Source: Planctomycetia bacterium
Lineage (GTDB): Bacteria > Planctomycetota > Planctomycetia > Pirellulales > UBA1268
Length of the DNA stretch: 64,000 bases
Reading direction: 5' to 3'
Assembly: GCA_014192425.1 (NCBI GenBank)
Contig: BJHK01000011.1
Location: 73,670-137,669, forward strand
Shown here: in pieces, positions 18,276 through 28,209 of the stretch
Layout: every line of letters begins with the position of its first letter
Position numbering within the stretch: position 1 is the stretch's first letter
The notes under the pieces: model-generated
What the model saw: the letters and a program-made list of their open reading frames with translations, nothing else
The model's database searches: none
Told to the model about the DNA's origin: nothing
Position numbers and translations under genes: made by a program

Positions 18276-19593
18276 GGTGCTTCAGGTATTTCCGTGGCAG
18301 GGTAGTCGCGGTCTGAGGTCGGCCTTCCCGCAGAAGAACAGGATTCTCGTTCTGTAGTTCTCGAATGACCGGAAGCCGCGGGCTGCGTACTTCAAGGCCT
18401 GGATGACGCTGTTGAAGCCCTCGCTCGTGGCGTTGGTGATCCGGTGACGGAAGTAGCTCAGAAGGTGTGGCAGATGACGCTTGAGCATCTTCACTACCTT
18501 GATGACGGGACGCAGGCGGCACCGCACGCCCCAGGCGTACCACTGAGCGAAGAACCCCTCGGCGCTCATCGGGTACACATACCGCCAGAACCAGCGGAAC
18601 TCCTCCTTGATCGCCCAGGCGCGGGCCGTCTTCAGGCCGTTCTGCCGGATGGCCATGAACCTCCGTCGCTGCTGTGGCGAGAGATTCGCTTTGTTGAAGA
18701 GCCACAACTGCCGTGTTCCCTTGAGCCGGTCATCGTCTTCGGCCTGGAGGGCCTTGTTCTCCGCTCGTCGCACCTGATCGACCGCCTCTCCCAGATGCTT
18801 GGCGACATGGAACTTGTCGTGCACCAGTTCCGCGTTCGGCGTCTGGTTCGCCACCGCATGGGCGTACGCAGGATGCATGTCGGCAGCCACGGCCACAACC
18901 TGCTGCCGCTGGTCGACCGTCGGCGTCTGCAGCACCGCCTCTGCGGCAGCCTGGGTTCGCTCGGGAGCGACGTCCAGAACGCGGGAGCCGTCGATGTCCG
19001 TGAGGACGGTGATGTAGTCGTGTCCTCTGCCGAATCTCTTCTCGTCAATGCCGACGTGGGGAATCGGCGTCGCTTCGCGTCGCTCGAGGCCCGGTCGACG
19101 GCCCGATCCATAATCGTCTGCGCCGCGTCCCAGGAGAGGCCGAGGAGGGAGGCGGCAGCCTTGACGGTTCGGCACGCTTGAAGGACTTCGATGGCGAAGG
19201 CTTCGAACAACAGCGTGAAACGGCTGTGCTTTCCGGCCCACGGCGGCACGATGGTCTTCACCCCGTGATCCGGGCAGCGGCACCGCGGCAGTCGGGCGAC
19301 CAGTTCCGTCGTGAACTGCATCGTGTCGAGGTGCCGCCAACGCCACTCTTCCGCGTGATCGGCCAGCCCGCAGGACTGGCCGCATTCCGGGCAGAAAACG
19401 CCCGAGCCAACGTGCGCCAGCCGGATTTCGACTCGCCGCTCATCGAGCCGAAGGTCAACAGCATCGACTCGCCAGGAGTCGTCAAGGCCCAGAAGACGGG
19501 CATAGTGCGTCGAAGGTGTGTCCATTCCGGCAATCTACGGCACGGACGCCCAGGAAACGACTGGCCTGTGCCACGAAATTCCCCGAAGAACCC
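18276..19593 (-). mobile_element. ISL3-family insertion sequence (~1.3 kb) with imperfect terminal inverted repeats
   Basis: Left end is GGTGCTTCAGGTATTTCCGTGGCA (18276-18299). The reverse complement of 19569-19593 is GGGTTCTTCGGGGAATTTCGTGGCA, matching about 20 of 25 positions. The transposase stop lies inside the IR. I could not identify direct target repeats, so the ends are good to about +/-10 nt. Confidence 0.7.
18282..19525 (-). pseudogene. ISL3 transposase, frameshifted
   Basis: N-terminal frame (18632..19525) reads MDTPSTHYARLLGLDD...CPECG...DHGVKTIVPPWAGKHSRFTLLFEAF...IMDRAVDR. The C-terminal frame (18282..19385) continues GLERREATPIPHVGIDEKRFGRGHDYITVLTD...HDKFHV.... The two frames join if one C is added to the CCC run at 19090-19092. 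Confidence 0.8.
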
Positions 19594-19788
19594 GCTTCCA
19601 TCGGTAGTAGAGTCGATCCTTGCGCCCGGGCTCGTTGTGCCCTTCAGAAAACCAACACTCAGCCTCACGAGATTTCCCGATGATCTGTTACCCTACGTCC
19701 CTCTACCCAGGAGGAGTCTCTAGACGTCTCGTTGTTTACGCCACGAGAGAGTCCGTCTCCGAACAACGCGATGCTTAAGGGGCGCAAG

Positions 19789-20574
19789 TCAGGGTTCCTT
19801 GCTAAATATCAACGGTCCAGACCGAACGAGAAACATGGTGGAATGTGTTGGATGGGATATGCACTTAAAGCCGTTGCTCAGAAACCACAAGATGGCGTCG
19901 TGGGGATCGATGGAATTGCAAGCATCTGCATCGCTGACCCAATAGACGTCATAGTTGGGCTTCAGTGTGCGGTACATTATCCTCTTGTAACGAATGCCCA
20001 TGAGGAACAAAGCATGACGCAGCGCACGTTTCGGAACAATAAACAGTGAACGCCATAATACGCTATTACGAAGAGGAATAGTAAATTTTATGAGTTGACC
20101 CCACAAAGTAAAGTCAGAGTAAGGTCGCACCGCATACCCGTCAGCTGCCCATGACCGACACTGCCAGGCTGGTGCAAAAAAAACCACCCCACCGGGCTTA
20201 AGTAGTCGCTTAATCTCATAAAGCGCTTTATCAAGATCGGGTATATGTTCATAAACGGTGATTGTCCAAATTGCGTCAAATGCCTCGTCTTCGAATGGGA
20301 AATGCGCACCTAGAGCCACTCGGTACGGCTTGTGATAGTACTTCGCGAGACTCTCCGCGATATCGGTTCCCCAGTAGTCAGGCACGAGATCCTGAAAAAA
20401 ACCGCCGGATGAACCAATTTCTAGGCATCGCTTGCTGGTCAACCGAAAGTCCTCGATAAACCTGAGTAACTCGGGATAAAGGGAATGCGCTTCCGGCCTC
20501 ATCGTCCCGTAGTCATGGGCGTACGTTTCGTGTCTTCGTTCGTCATAGAAACTCTTATAGTCTCCCGTCATCAC
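19789..20574 (-). CDS. Class I SAM-dependent methyltransferase
   Basis: Motif I is CLEIGSSGGFF. Also present are FDAIWTITVYEHIPD and LKPGGVVFF. The region is low-GC. Confidence 0.8.
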   Translation of the reverse strand: MMTGDYKSFYDERRHETYAHDYGTMRPEAHSLYPELLRFIEDFRLTSKRCLEIGSSGGFFQDLVPDYWGTDIAESLAKYYHKPYRVALGAHFPFEDEAFDAIWTITVYEHIPDLDKALYEIKRLLKPGGVVFFAPAWQCRSWAADGYAVRPYSDFTLWGQLIKFTIPLRNSVLWRSLFIVPKRALRHALFLMGIRYKRIMYRTLKPNYDVYWVSDADACNSIDPHDAILWFLSNGFKCISHPTHSTMFLVRSGPLIFSKEP

Positions 20575-20720
20575 TGCCCCTTATTTTCGTTCCTTGCGGT
20601 GAACCAAATCGACGTAGAGTACGGTGGCACTTCGCCATGAGGTCCTTATACAAAACGTAAGGCCGGAGTTGCGAATGCACTGGCGAGCCGGTTCCACGGC
20701 GTGAATCCAACGCGGCGACA

Positions 20721-21623
20721 TTAGTTTCCGCGAAGAATAGACTCAGTGATCCGGCGCTCGTATATCTTGGCTCTTACGCTGGCGATATAAGCGGAGCGAA
20801 TGCGACAGGCAATATACCCACGGATTCCCTCAAGAAAACCCCCTCGCACTACATAATGGTACATAAACCATAGGGTGGGCTCAAATGGCATTCGCAGTGC
20901 GATGAACTTTAAAAAGCGCCGTCTTTCCTGGGGATTGCCAAAGAGTTTGGGCTGTACGGAATCGAGTCCCCATCGCCCCGTACGAAAGAAGAGAGTGCGC
21001 AGATGTGCCTCCCAGGAACTGTACTTGTTGTGCTTATCAATGTAAGAGGCAAGCCCCTTGAAGTCATCGTGGATGAGTGGAGTCCTGAGTCTGCCGGTGG
21101 CACCCCTAGTGATTAGGCGTTCGTGGATTTCCATGTCCAATCCGATTTGATCATTGTCGACCAAATGCTCAAAGCGGGCACAGCCCAAGCGGAACAATAG
21201 GATTGCATCGAAAGAGAATCCGCCGTAAGTGAATCGGCGTCCAAGAAAATGGAACCCCTTGCGAATGAAGTACGAAGAAGGTGCATCATGGTGTTCTATC
21301 GCCGCCCGGATTTCAAGCCATAGGTCGGGTGGAATCTGTTCGTCCGCGTCAACTAGAAGAATCCATTCGGAGTCGAACGAGAGGTTGTCAATCGCCCACT
21401 GCCGCTTTTTTGGATAGCCGCCATGGTATACAAACTGAATTACGTCAGCACCAGCAGTTTCAGCCAGCAGTTGCGTTTTATCGGTACTGCCGGAGTCAAG
21501 GACGACTACTCTCGCTGCTGGCTTGAGCGATGTTATACACCGAGCGATGTTTGATTCCTCGTTACGCGCTGCGACCAGTACTGTTACAGGGATCGACTGT
21601 GCCGGGAGTGAACGTGGGTTCAT
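20721..21623 (-). CDS. Glycosyltransferase family 2
   Basis: VTVLVAARNEESNIARCITSL, VVVLDSGSTDKT and LLVDADE (DxD) are present. The start is placed at internal MNPRS (21623), just downstream of the preceding stop at 21629. The track ORF extends to 21710. Confidence 0.8.
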   Translation of the reverse strand: MNPRSLPAQSIPVTVLVAARNEESNIARCITSLKPAARVVVLDSGSTDKTQLLAETAGADVIQFVYHGGYPKKRQWAIDNLSFDSEWILLVDADEQIPPDLWLEIRAAIEHHDAPSSYFIRKGFHFLGRRFTYGGFSFDAILLFRLGCARFEHLVDNDQIGLDMEIHERLITRGATGRLRTPLIHDDFKGLASYIDKHNKYSSWEAHLRTLFFRTGRWGLDSVQPKLFGNPQERRRFLKFIALRMPFEPTLWFMYHYVVRGGFLEGIRGYIACRIRSAYIASVRAKIYERRITESILRGN

Positions 21624-21628
21624 AGTCG

Positions 21629-22831
21629 TTAGCTTGGGGAGTGAGCAATACGGGTCAGAGAGAATAGGGACGAGCGAAACTGACGATGCGATAGATTCCC
21701 TGTAGCCCATTCACGGCCGATTAACCCAATGCTTGTAAGTTCCGCAGCGCTGCATGACACCGCACGGGCGATTGCGGCTGCCGCAGAGGAAAGCCGGTCG
21801 TTCTCGAGGCGCCAACCGCACGCGATATCGCCGCTCGGCCCTACTGGAAGTTCACCGATGATATCATGCCCGGGCGTAGCGATGATCGGGAGCCCGTGTG
21901 CCAGGGCGTCGCAAAGGGCATAGCCGTAATTCTCCCGTCGGGAGAGCGAAACGAACACGTCTGACGCCATCATTGCATCGCTGAGCGAGGTGCCGTTCAA
22001 TTCGCCGACGACACGGATTCTCTGCAGCATGCCGGGGGGAATCGCTGCCTGCACCTGGCTGCGGGTCAGGTTGCCATCCATGCCCACAATGAGCAGATAG
22101 CCGACCGATCCGGCCGCCGCTGCAAAGGCTCGCACGGTGTCGGTCGGTCGCTTCATGGTGTGCAGTCGCCCGACGTAGAGCAGCAGGCGTGCGTCGCCTG
22201 GAATTCCGTATGTGCTACGAAACCGCATTCGGCGATCGGTCCGGTTGGCGAGGTCCGGGAGGGCCACCGGCCAGTGAACCACCACGCCATTGTCCTTTGG
22301 TAACCAGCGTCGGGCCTTGTCGTGCTCTTTGTGTGATGAGAATACGACGCGATCGGCATCGGCCAGGCACGGCGTGCCCGACAAACTTAGCCAGAGCCGC
22401 TTTCTCACGGCGCGGTGTCGCAATCCCCAGGGATCGAGGCAGCCGTGCGGAACAATCCAGTACGGCTTGCCGTGTTGAAGCGACCACCGCCGTGCCCAGG
22501 CGACGTGCGCCCGGAAAAGCGAATGCACAACGATGAGGCTCGCATCGCTCAGCAGACGCTCCGCTTGCTGAGTGGCGGCGCGCGAAAGCAGGTGGCAATC
22601 TCTGAAGATAAACGAGCCGTCGCACCGGATGCGGTGGGCCCCGTCGGTCGCACTCAGGCCGGTGCGATCGATCCGTCCATCGTCAAACGACAGGATCGGC
22701 GCCTGCAAGCCGGTGGAAAAGTCGTTTACGGCCCGATACAGCCCTGCGAGGGAAGGGTCGTGGGTGAGGCAGAGGTTCCAGGGGCCCAGGGGATGGCTGT
22801 TGCGAAACGTTGCCCGGTGCGAAGCAGTCAC
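21629..22831 (-). CDS. Glycosyltransferase family 4
   Basis: LLYVGRLHTMKRPTD and VFVSLSRRENYGYALCDALAHGLPIIATPG (E-x7-E region) are present. Four-nt start/stop overlap with the upstream GT (start 22829-22831, stop 22828-22830). Confidence 0.8.
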   Translation of the reverse strand: MTASHRATFRNSHPLGPWNLCLTHDPSLAGLYRAVNDFSTGLQAPILSFDDGRIDRTGLSATDGAHRIRCDGSFIFRDCHLLSRAATQQAERLLSDASLIVVHSLFRAHVAWARRWSLQHGKPYWIVPHGCLDPWGLRHRAVRKRLWLSLSGTPCLADADRVVFSSHKEHDKARRWLPKDNGVVVHWPVALPDLANRTDRRMRFRSTYGIPGDARLLLYVGRLHTMKRPTDTVRAFAAAAGSVGYLLIVGMDGNLTRSQVQAAIPPGMLQRIRVVGELNGTSLSDAMMASDVFVSLSRRENYGYALCDALAHGLPIIATPGHDIIGELPVGPSGDIACGWRLENDRLSSAAAAIARAVSCSAAELTSIGLIGREWATGNLSHRQFRSSLFSLTRIAHSPS

Positions 22832-24087
22832 GCGGTGCGATGAGACGGGGAGTCGATCAAGTCGCAGAATCGAGTGAGCAGAATGTCTTTTGTGAATTGC
22901 CCCGCCGCGACGGCTCGTGCCCGCGATCCGATTGCCCGCAGCGACTCAGCGGAAAGCTGTTGTACCTCGCGGATCGCAGCGACAGTCGCCGGCACGTCGC
23001 CATGCGCCACATGCCAGCCGATATTGTCGTGGCTCAGGATGTCGGCGGCATGGCAGGACGGGGGGCCAAACAAAAGAATCGGCCGGCCGATCGCCATGGC
23101 TCCATAGATCTTGCAAGGGTGGATGATGCCCACCATCGAGTCGCCAAGGGATACGACGTGGACGTCGGCCGCGCCGAGTGAGGCCCCCAAGGTGTGTTTC
23201 GGCTGATAGGGCAGAGAAAGGACGTTTGGCGCCCCTGCCGCAACCAGGTCATCGACCTCTTGTTTGCCCGACCCGCCGCCAATGAAGACGAAACGAAGGC
23301 GATCGTCGCCCACGAGCAGGCCCGATGCGGCCAGAAGCGTCTCGAGCGGGTTATGAGGGCTATGGTTTCCCGAATACATCACCACGAAGTTGTTCGTAAG
23401 CCCGTGCTGCGCCCTGAACGATTCGGGTGATCCAGCGGACTGTTCGAGATCATTGTCGTGAGGCCACGGCGGCAGCACGTGCATTTTTGCAGCCACGGGA
23501 GCTTTGGCCAAAACGCGTTCCCGCATGAAGCGATCGAGCACGACGACAGTTGTGGCTTGCCGCAACGTGAATCGATTCAGGCAATCAAAAAACCTGACTA
23601 ACAGCGACCGAGGTGAGATGCGGCCTGCCGCCACCAACTGATCGGGATTGAGATCCATGACCCACCACAGCAGAGGTGCTTTTCGCAACCATGAGAGCAG
23701 TGCGCCCGCGGCACCGGCGAACGGCGGGCTCGTGCTCACGAGCACGGCGTCGATTCGCCGCATGCATACGGCGCGTAAAAATGCCTGGGCTATGAAGAGC
23801 AATTGGCCCACGAGCCGGGCGCGGATTGTGGATTTGCCGAAGCTGGAAAATGGCAGCCGCCGCACGTCGACACCCGCCCGCTCCTCGCGATGCGGGTATC
23901 GCCGGGAAGGATCGTCGTAGCCGCGGGCGGAGGCATACACCACCACGCGCCAGCCGCGACTCGCCATTTCCTCTGCCACATCCGCGACATGCTGGCCGAC
24001 CGCCGCCGGATCAGGCACGTACACTTGGCTAATGATGACGAGCGTGCGAGGCACACCCCCATCCCGATGCGAGCATGGCGAGTGCAC
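22828..24087 (-). CDS. Glycosyltransferase family 4 (WcaI-like)
   Basis: LVIISQVYVPDPAAVGQHVADVAEEMASRGWRVVVY is present, along with FVVMYSGNHSPHNPLETLL and HVVSLGDSMVGIIHPCKIYGAMAIGRPILLFGP. The start is uncertain. I propose GTG at 24087, just after the upstream stop at 24101; the track ORF runs to 24273. Confidence 0.75.
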   Translation of the reverse strand: MHSPCSHRDGGVPRTLVIISQVYVPDPAAVGQHVADVAEEMASRGWRVVVYASARGYDDPSRRYPHREERAGVDVRRLPFSSFGKSTIRARLVGQLLFIAQAFLRAVCMRRIDAVLVSTSPPFAGAAGALLSWLRKAPLLWWVMDLNPDQLVAAGRISPRSLLVRFFDCLNRFTLRQATTVVVLDRFMRERVLAKAPVAAKMHVLPPWPHDNDLEQSAGSPESFRAQHGLTNNFVVMYSGNHSPHNPLETLLAASGLLVGDDRLRFVFIGGGSGKQEVDDLVAAGAPNVLSLPYQPKHTLGASLGAADVHVVSLGDSMVGIIHPCKIYGAMAIGRPILLFGPPSCHAADILSHDNIGWHVAHGDVPATVAAIREVQQLSAESLRAIGSRARAVAAGQFTKDILLTRFCDLIDSPSHRTA

Positions 24088-24100
24088 GTGCGAAGACCCG

Positions 24101-25327
24101 TCAATCAAACAGCACGCTATCAGCCGGCGATTGCGATCTACAACCCATGATCCAATTGTAAACGTCTTGCATTCTTGCGCAAGCAGCCGGCCAAGCGAAG
24201 TCCTGCTGCATCCAGCGGCGGCCGCGAGCGCCCATTTCCTGCAACGCGGAGGTGGGCGTCGTGAGCGCCTCATCCAGGCATGCCGTCAGGGCATGCTCTC
24301 CGTGAGGAATCCACCAGCCGCAGGCGTGATCGACCAGCCCAGGCCATGGGGCCCCGACGGTGGTGATGACGGGCACACTGCGAGCCAGCGATTCGCCGAT
24401 CACCATCCCGAAATTCTCACTCTTCGTGGGAAGCACGAAAGCCTCGCACGACGCAAACGCCCGTTCGCGATCCTCGCCGTATAAGGCGCCGGCGAGGGTG
24501 GTGCGGCTGGCCACGCCGCGCGATGCCAAGATGCTAGTCACCTCCTGCACATGGTTGCGCTCGACAGGTCCGGCGATCACCAGATGCCAATCGGGATGTC
24601 TGTGCGCGAGCTCGCCCCAGGCCGACGCCAACGACGTCACCCCCTTGATTGGCTCGATGCGAGACAGAAACAGTAGCAGCCGTTTGCCTGCCGTCTCGGG
24701 AAAGCGTTTTCGAAAAGCATCGGCATGGGTTCGCCAATGCAGGAGAGTGGAATCCTCAGGCACGTCGATGCCGTTTGGAATCACCGCGATCGGCCCGCGG
24801 TATCCATACATCCGGATCGACTCGGCCTCCTCCGCAGAAGTCGCGTGCATGAGTGCACACCGACGGACATTACGCCCGTCGAAGAAGAGCGAGGCAAACC
24901 GCTTCTTGAGCCGGCTCTTCGCCAGACGCTGCGGGAGCAAGGATCCACGTGGCGACAGGACGAAGGGGCGGCCCTGTCGCAGGGCTTCTTCGCACGCCAT
25001 CCAGCCAGGAGCCTGCCACATGGCGTGCGCGTGGATGATGTCGTGGGAGGCGACGAGCGCGGGCAGGCTCTGCTGCAGGCTACGGCTATACCAAACCGTG
25101 TGGCGGATCGTCGCGGGAAACGTCCGCACGCTCACGCCAGCCCTCTTGGCTTCATGCACGGCATCGGCCATGTCCCCCGTGAGAACGGCGATGGATGTGC
25201 GGGAACCTGCGTTCACCAGGCCCCTACATAGGGCAGGCACAGTCTCGGCGGGGCCGCCAGTGTGCCGCCACAGACCGGTGATGATGTGCAGGCTCGTCGG
25301 GCCGCTGAGAGGGAGGGGAGTGTTCAC
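24101..25327 (-). CDS. Glycosyltransferase family 4
   Basis: LHIITGLWRHTGGPAETVPALCRGL, LLLFLSRIEPIKGV and AFVLPTKSENFGMVIGESLARSVPVITT are present. I propose the GTG start at 25327, which overlaps the upstream stop (GTGA). The longer track ORF N-terminus is Arg-rich junk. Confidence 0.8.
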   Translation of the reverse strand: MNTPLPLSGPTSLHIITGLWRHTGGPAETVPALCRGLVNAGSRTSIAVLTGDMADAVHEAKRAGVSVRTFPATIRHTVWYSRSLQQSLPALVASHDIIHAHAMWQAPGWMACEEALRQGRPFVLSPRGSLLPQRLAKSRLKKRFASLFFDGRNVRRCALMHATSAEEAESIRMYGYRGPIAVIPNGIDVPEDSTLLHWRTHADAFRKRFPETAGKRLLLFLSRIEPIKGVTSLASAWGELAHRHPDWHLVIAGPVERNHVQEVTSILASRGVASRTTLAGALYGEDRERAFASCEAFVLPTKSENFGMVIGESLARSVPVITTVGAPWPGLVDHACGWWIPHGEHALTACLDEALTTPTSALQEMGARGRRWMQQDFAWPAACARMQDVYNWIMGCRSQSPADSVLFD

Positions 25328-26136
25328 CGAGGCCCGAGCGCGTAGCTTCCGAGAGAGCGGCAGCCGCCGCGGAAAAATGCGGCCCGGGACAGCCGCCGCG
25401 CATAACTCGGCCAGTTCCCGGCCCGCCACGCCGCGGCGGCGAGGACGCCCCGCCAGGAGCGGCGATAGCCGTGGGATTCTGTCATGGCGGCATGCTCCGC
25501 AGCGGATTCGGAAGCACGCAGCCTGCCCAATTGGCCGGCGTGCATCCTGAAGGCGGCGACTGAAGGCGCGGTGGTGCGCTGGAAGCGGAATCCCTGCTCG
25601 AGCGCTCGAAACCAGAAATCTGCATCGGCAACGAGCTGCCAACGCGAGTCATATCCCTGCAATCGCTCAAACACAGCGCGGCGGAAGAGCGTGCCCTGCT
25701 GCAGCAGCGGGCTCATGCCGGCACGGTAGATGGAAAGCAAATGATCAGAGCGTGCGGAATGCCAGCGATGGAGGTGGCGGCCGGCCTGGTCGACGAAGTC
25801 TACTGGTCCATAAGCGACGTCGTGGCCGGCGGCATTTTCCAGTCGGGCGGCGAGCACGTCGGCATAGAGCACATCGTCTGCGTTGATGTATGTGAGCCAT
25901 TCCCCTGCGGCAATCCGGAGGCCGTAGTTGACGGCGTCGTAGATCCCCTGCGGCGGCCGCCGCATCACGCGGGCGCCCATCACTGCGGCGATGCCCGCGG
26001 TTTCATCCGTTGACTCCGCATCGACGACCACCACCTCCATTTCAACGCCGGACACGTCGCGGAGGGCAGACAGCGTGCTGGCGATGGTCGCGGCCGCGTT
26101 TCTCGCGGGAATCACGACGCCGAGAGTCGGAGTCAT
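25324..26136 (-). CDS. Glycosyltransferase family 2
   Basis: Start at MTPTLGVVIPARNAAATIASTLSAL, with ATGA overlap to the upstream gene. VVVVDAESTDET and YINADD are present. Confidence 0.8.
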   Translation of the reverse strand: MTPTLGVVIPARNAAATIASTLSALRDVSGVEMEVVVVDAESTDETAGIAAVMGARVMRRPPQGIYDAVNYGLRIAAGEWLTYINADDVLYADVLAARLENAAGHDVAYGPVDFVDQAGRHLHRWHSARSDHLLSIYRAGMSPLLQQGTLFRRAVFERLQGYDSRWQLVADADFWFRALEQGFRFQRTTAPSVAAFRMHAGQLGRLRASESAAEHAAMTESHGYRRSWRGVLAAAAWRAGNWPSYARRLSRAAFFRGGCRSLGSYALGPR

Positions 26137-26927
26137 TCCGCGGCTGTCTTCTTTGGCAGCCTCTGGCGGGCGGCCCATTCGCGGTTGAAAGCCACGCGTC
26201 CGTCCTGCATCACGATCCACGGCTGCAAATCGGCGGGTAGGGAAGGCTTGAGAATCTTCACGGCAAACATGTTTTGCTGGCCCGGAAACAGCCACACAAA
26301 AGCCTTATAGAAGGGAATGACGGCCCTCATCACGAGCGATTTAAGCGACCACCCGCCCCTCAACTCGTAGGTATTTCCCTGCGCATATTCGAAGCGATGC
26401 TTCGCATGGGGTGCGAAGCAGGAGATCGTCTTCTCCACCTCGCGTTCGGTCCAGCGGTAGATGAAGTTCGGGATCTCAGTGTCGCGGACGCCGCCGGCCT
26501 CGCAGTTGTTGTTGAACACGGCGGGCCATTCGTAGACATAAGACAGGCCGAGTGCACCGAGGGCCCGCATCGTGAGGCTGTCGCGTGACTCGAAGAAAAT
26601 GACCCCCTTACGGGCGACGCGATAAAGCTCCAAAAGCGCGGCGTGCGGGCTGGCGCAATGGTGCAGCACGGCATGGACGACGGTGTAGTCAAACGACTCG
26701 TCGGGGAGGTCGAGCCGCTCAGCGTCGAGCGGCAGCGTGGCAAATGGACTACAGTCAGACCGGGACAACGCGGTGGCGACGTTGGAGATCGTGACATTGC
26801 GAAAACCGAGGGAGCGGAAGACGTCTCGATCGTTCTCGCCGCCGCCCACAACGAGCACCGAAGCGTCGCGAGCCGGAATCCAACGGTCGACTGTACCCCG
26901 GTAAAAAGCGATGCGAGGATTACTCAT
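26133..26927 (-). CDS. Class I SAM-dependent methyltransferase
   Basis: VLVVGGGENDRDVF, FDYTVVHAVLHHCASP and ARKGVIFFE are present. The start is placed at MSNPRIAFYRG (26927). Confidence 0.7.
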   Translation of the reverse strand: MSNPRIAFYRGTVDRWIPARDASVLVVGGGENDRDVFRSLGFRNVTISNVATALSRSDCSPFATLPLDAERLDLPDESFDYTVVHAVLHHCASPHAALLELYRVARKGVIFFESRDSLTMRALGALGLSYVYEWPAVFNNNCEAGGVRDTEIPNFIYRWTEREVEKTISCFAPHAKHRFEYAQGNTYELRGGWSLKSLVMRAVIPFYKAFVWLFPGQQNMFAVKILKPSLPADLQPWIVMQDGRVAFNREWAARQRLPKKTAAE

Positions 26928-28209
26928 GATGGCGTGTCGGCACTCCTTCGGTGATCCCGAGAAGACCGCGGTAAATATCCTTGAGTGTGGCCGCATAGTG
27001 CGACCAGCGATAGTGGTCCGCCACCCGCTGCTTCGCCGAACGTCCGAGCGATTCCCGCAACGGCTTGTCGGTCAGGAGGTGTTCGATGGAATCGGCGAGC
27101 GCGGGAGCATCGCCCCGGGGCACCAGCCAGCCATCTTCGCCGTGGCGGAGCGGAAGGCCGCACTCGCGGGTCGTGATCACCGGCAGGCCTGCCGCCATGG
27201 CTTCAAAAGCCGATCGCGCGCTGCCTTCAGCGTGCGTGGGAAATACGTAAAGATCGGAGGTCGCCAGATAGTCCCGCAATTCATCCTGGAGCAGCATGCC
27301 GAGATAGCGGACCGTGCCCCGCAGGCCCATCGCATCTACTACGGGACGCCCCTCGGCAAAGTTGCCCGCGACGAGCAGTTCGTACGGCACGCCGCGCTCG
27401 TCGAGCAGCTTGCATGCCTGGGCAATCTCCCGTGCTCCTTTTCGCAGGCCGAACGCCCCCGTGAAGAGTAGGCGCGCAGGGCACGATACGTCGTAGCAAG
27501 TCTTCGCTCCCAGAAAGTCGTCGCGCACGCCCCAATAGAGCGTCATGACCTTGGCGGGAGAAAAGCCGGCCGCGAGAAATGACTCACGAACGTAGTCTGA
27601 GTTTACGAGCACGAGGTCGGCATCGACGCAGTCCTGCAAGACGAGCTGCCAAAACGGCGAGTTTGGCCCCATGCGGAAGGGTAGCCCGAGTTCTGCATAG
27701 ATGGGCGCGAGCGTGCGCTCCATTTCCGCTGGATGGGCGATGCTGTGGTCGACCACGACCTTCATGCCGCGGCGCTTGGCTGTGGAGATCGCGCCCCCCT
27801 GCCCGGCGCCGCTGCGGACGTGGAAGATGTCTGCGGAACGCAGGTGCCGCCGCGACGAAAAGCCGAACAGTTGCCAGGTGAGGCGATTTGTCTTGCAGTA
27901 CGGCAGGATCCCTTGCTCGGCAAGACGGAAGCCAGCCTGGGAAATGCCCTCAGAGATGCTGCATGTGCGAATCCTGCTGCGCGGCAGTTTGCCCCCTGCC
28001 AGTCGGGCCTTTAGACGGCGGTCGAGGTTCGGCCGGCCGAGCAGATAGCCGGCCGCGCGGGCGACCGGAGACATGCCGCGCGAGGGGATCCAGCCAGTCA
28101 CGACGCGCATGTCGACGCCGGCGTCGAGCAGTGATACTGCGGATTCAACCACGTGGATCCTCCCGATACCGGACGACAGAATCACGCGGATGGGACGATC
28201 GTCTGCCAT
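26920..28209 (-). CDS. Glycosyltransferase family 4
   Basis: Start at MADDRPIRVILSSG; its ATG shares one base with the upstream stop (28209). LLFTGAFGLRKGAREI and LYVFPTHAEGSARSAFEAMAAGLPVITT are present. Confidence 0.8.
   Translation of the reverse strand: MADDRPIRVILSSGIGRIHVVESAVSLLDAGVDMRVVTGWIPSRGMSPVARAAGYLLGRPNLDRRLKARLAGGKLPRSRIRTCSISEGISQAGFRLAEQGILPYCKTNRLTWQLFGFSSRRHLRSADIFHVRSGAGQGGAISTAKRRGMKVVVDHSIAHPAEMERTLAPIYAELGLPFRMGPNSPFWQLVLQDCVDADLVLVNSDYVRESFLAAGFSPAKVMTLYWGVRDDFLGAKTCYDVSCPARLLFTGAFGLRKGAREIAQACKLLDERGVPYELLVAGNFAEGRPVVDAMGLRGTVRYLGMLLQDELRDYLATSDLYVFPTHAEGSARSAFEAMAAGLPVITTRECGLPLRHGEDGWLVPRGDAPALADSIEHLLTDKPLRESLGRSAKQRVADHYRWSHYAATLKDIYRGLLGITEGVPTRHHE

Noticed and set aside
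19080-19100. Programmed ribosomal frameshift in the ISL3 transposase
   Set aside because: As far as I know, ISL3 transposases are single-ORF enzymes. The junction is a simple C/G homopolymer with no A/T-rich slippery heptamer or obvious downstream structure. An indel (mutation or assembly error) is the simpler explanation.
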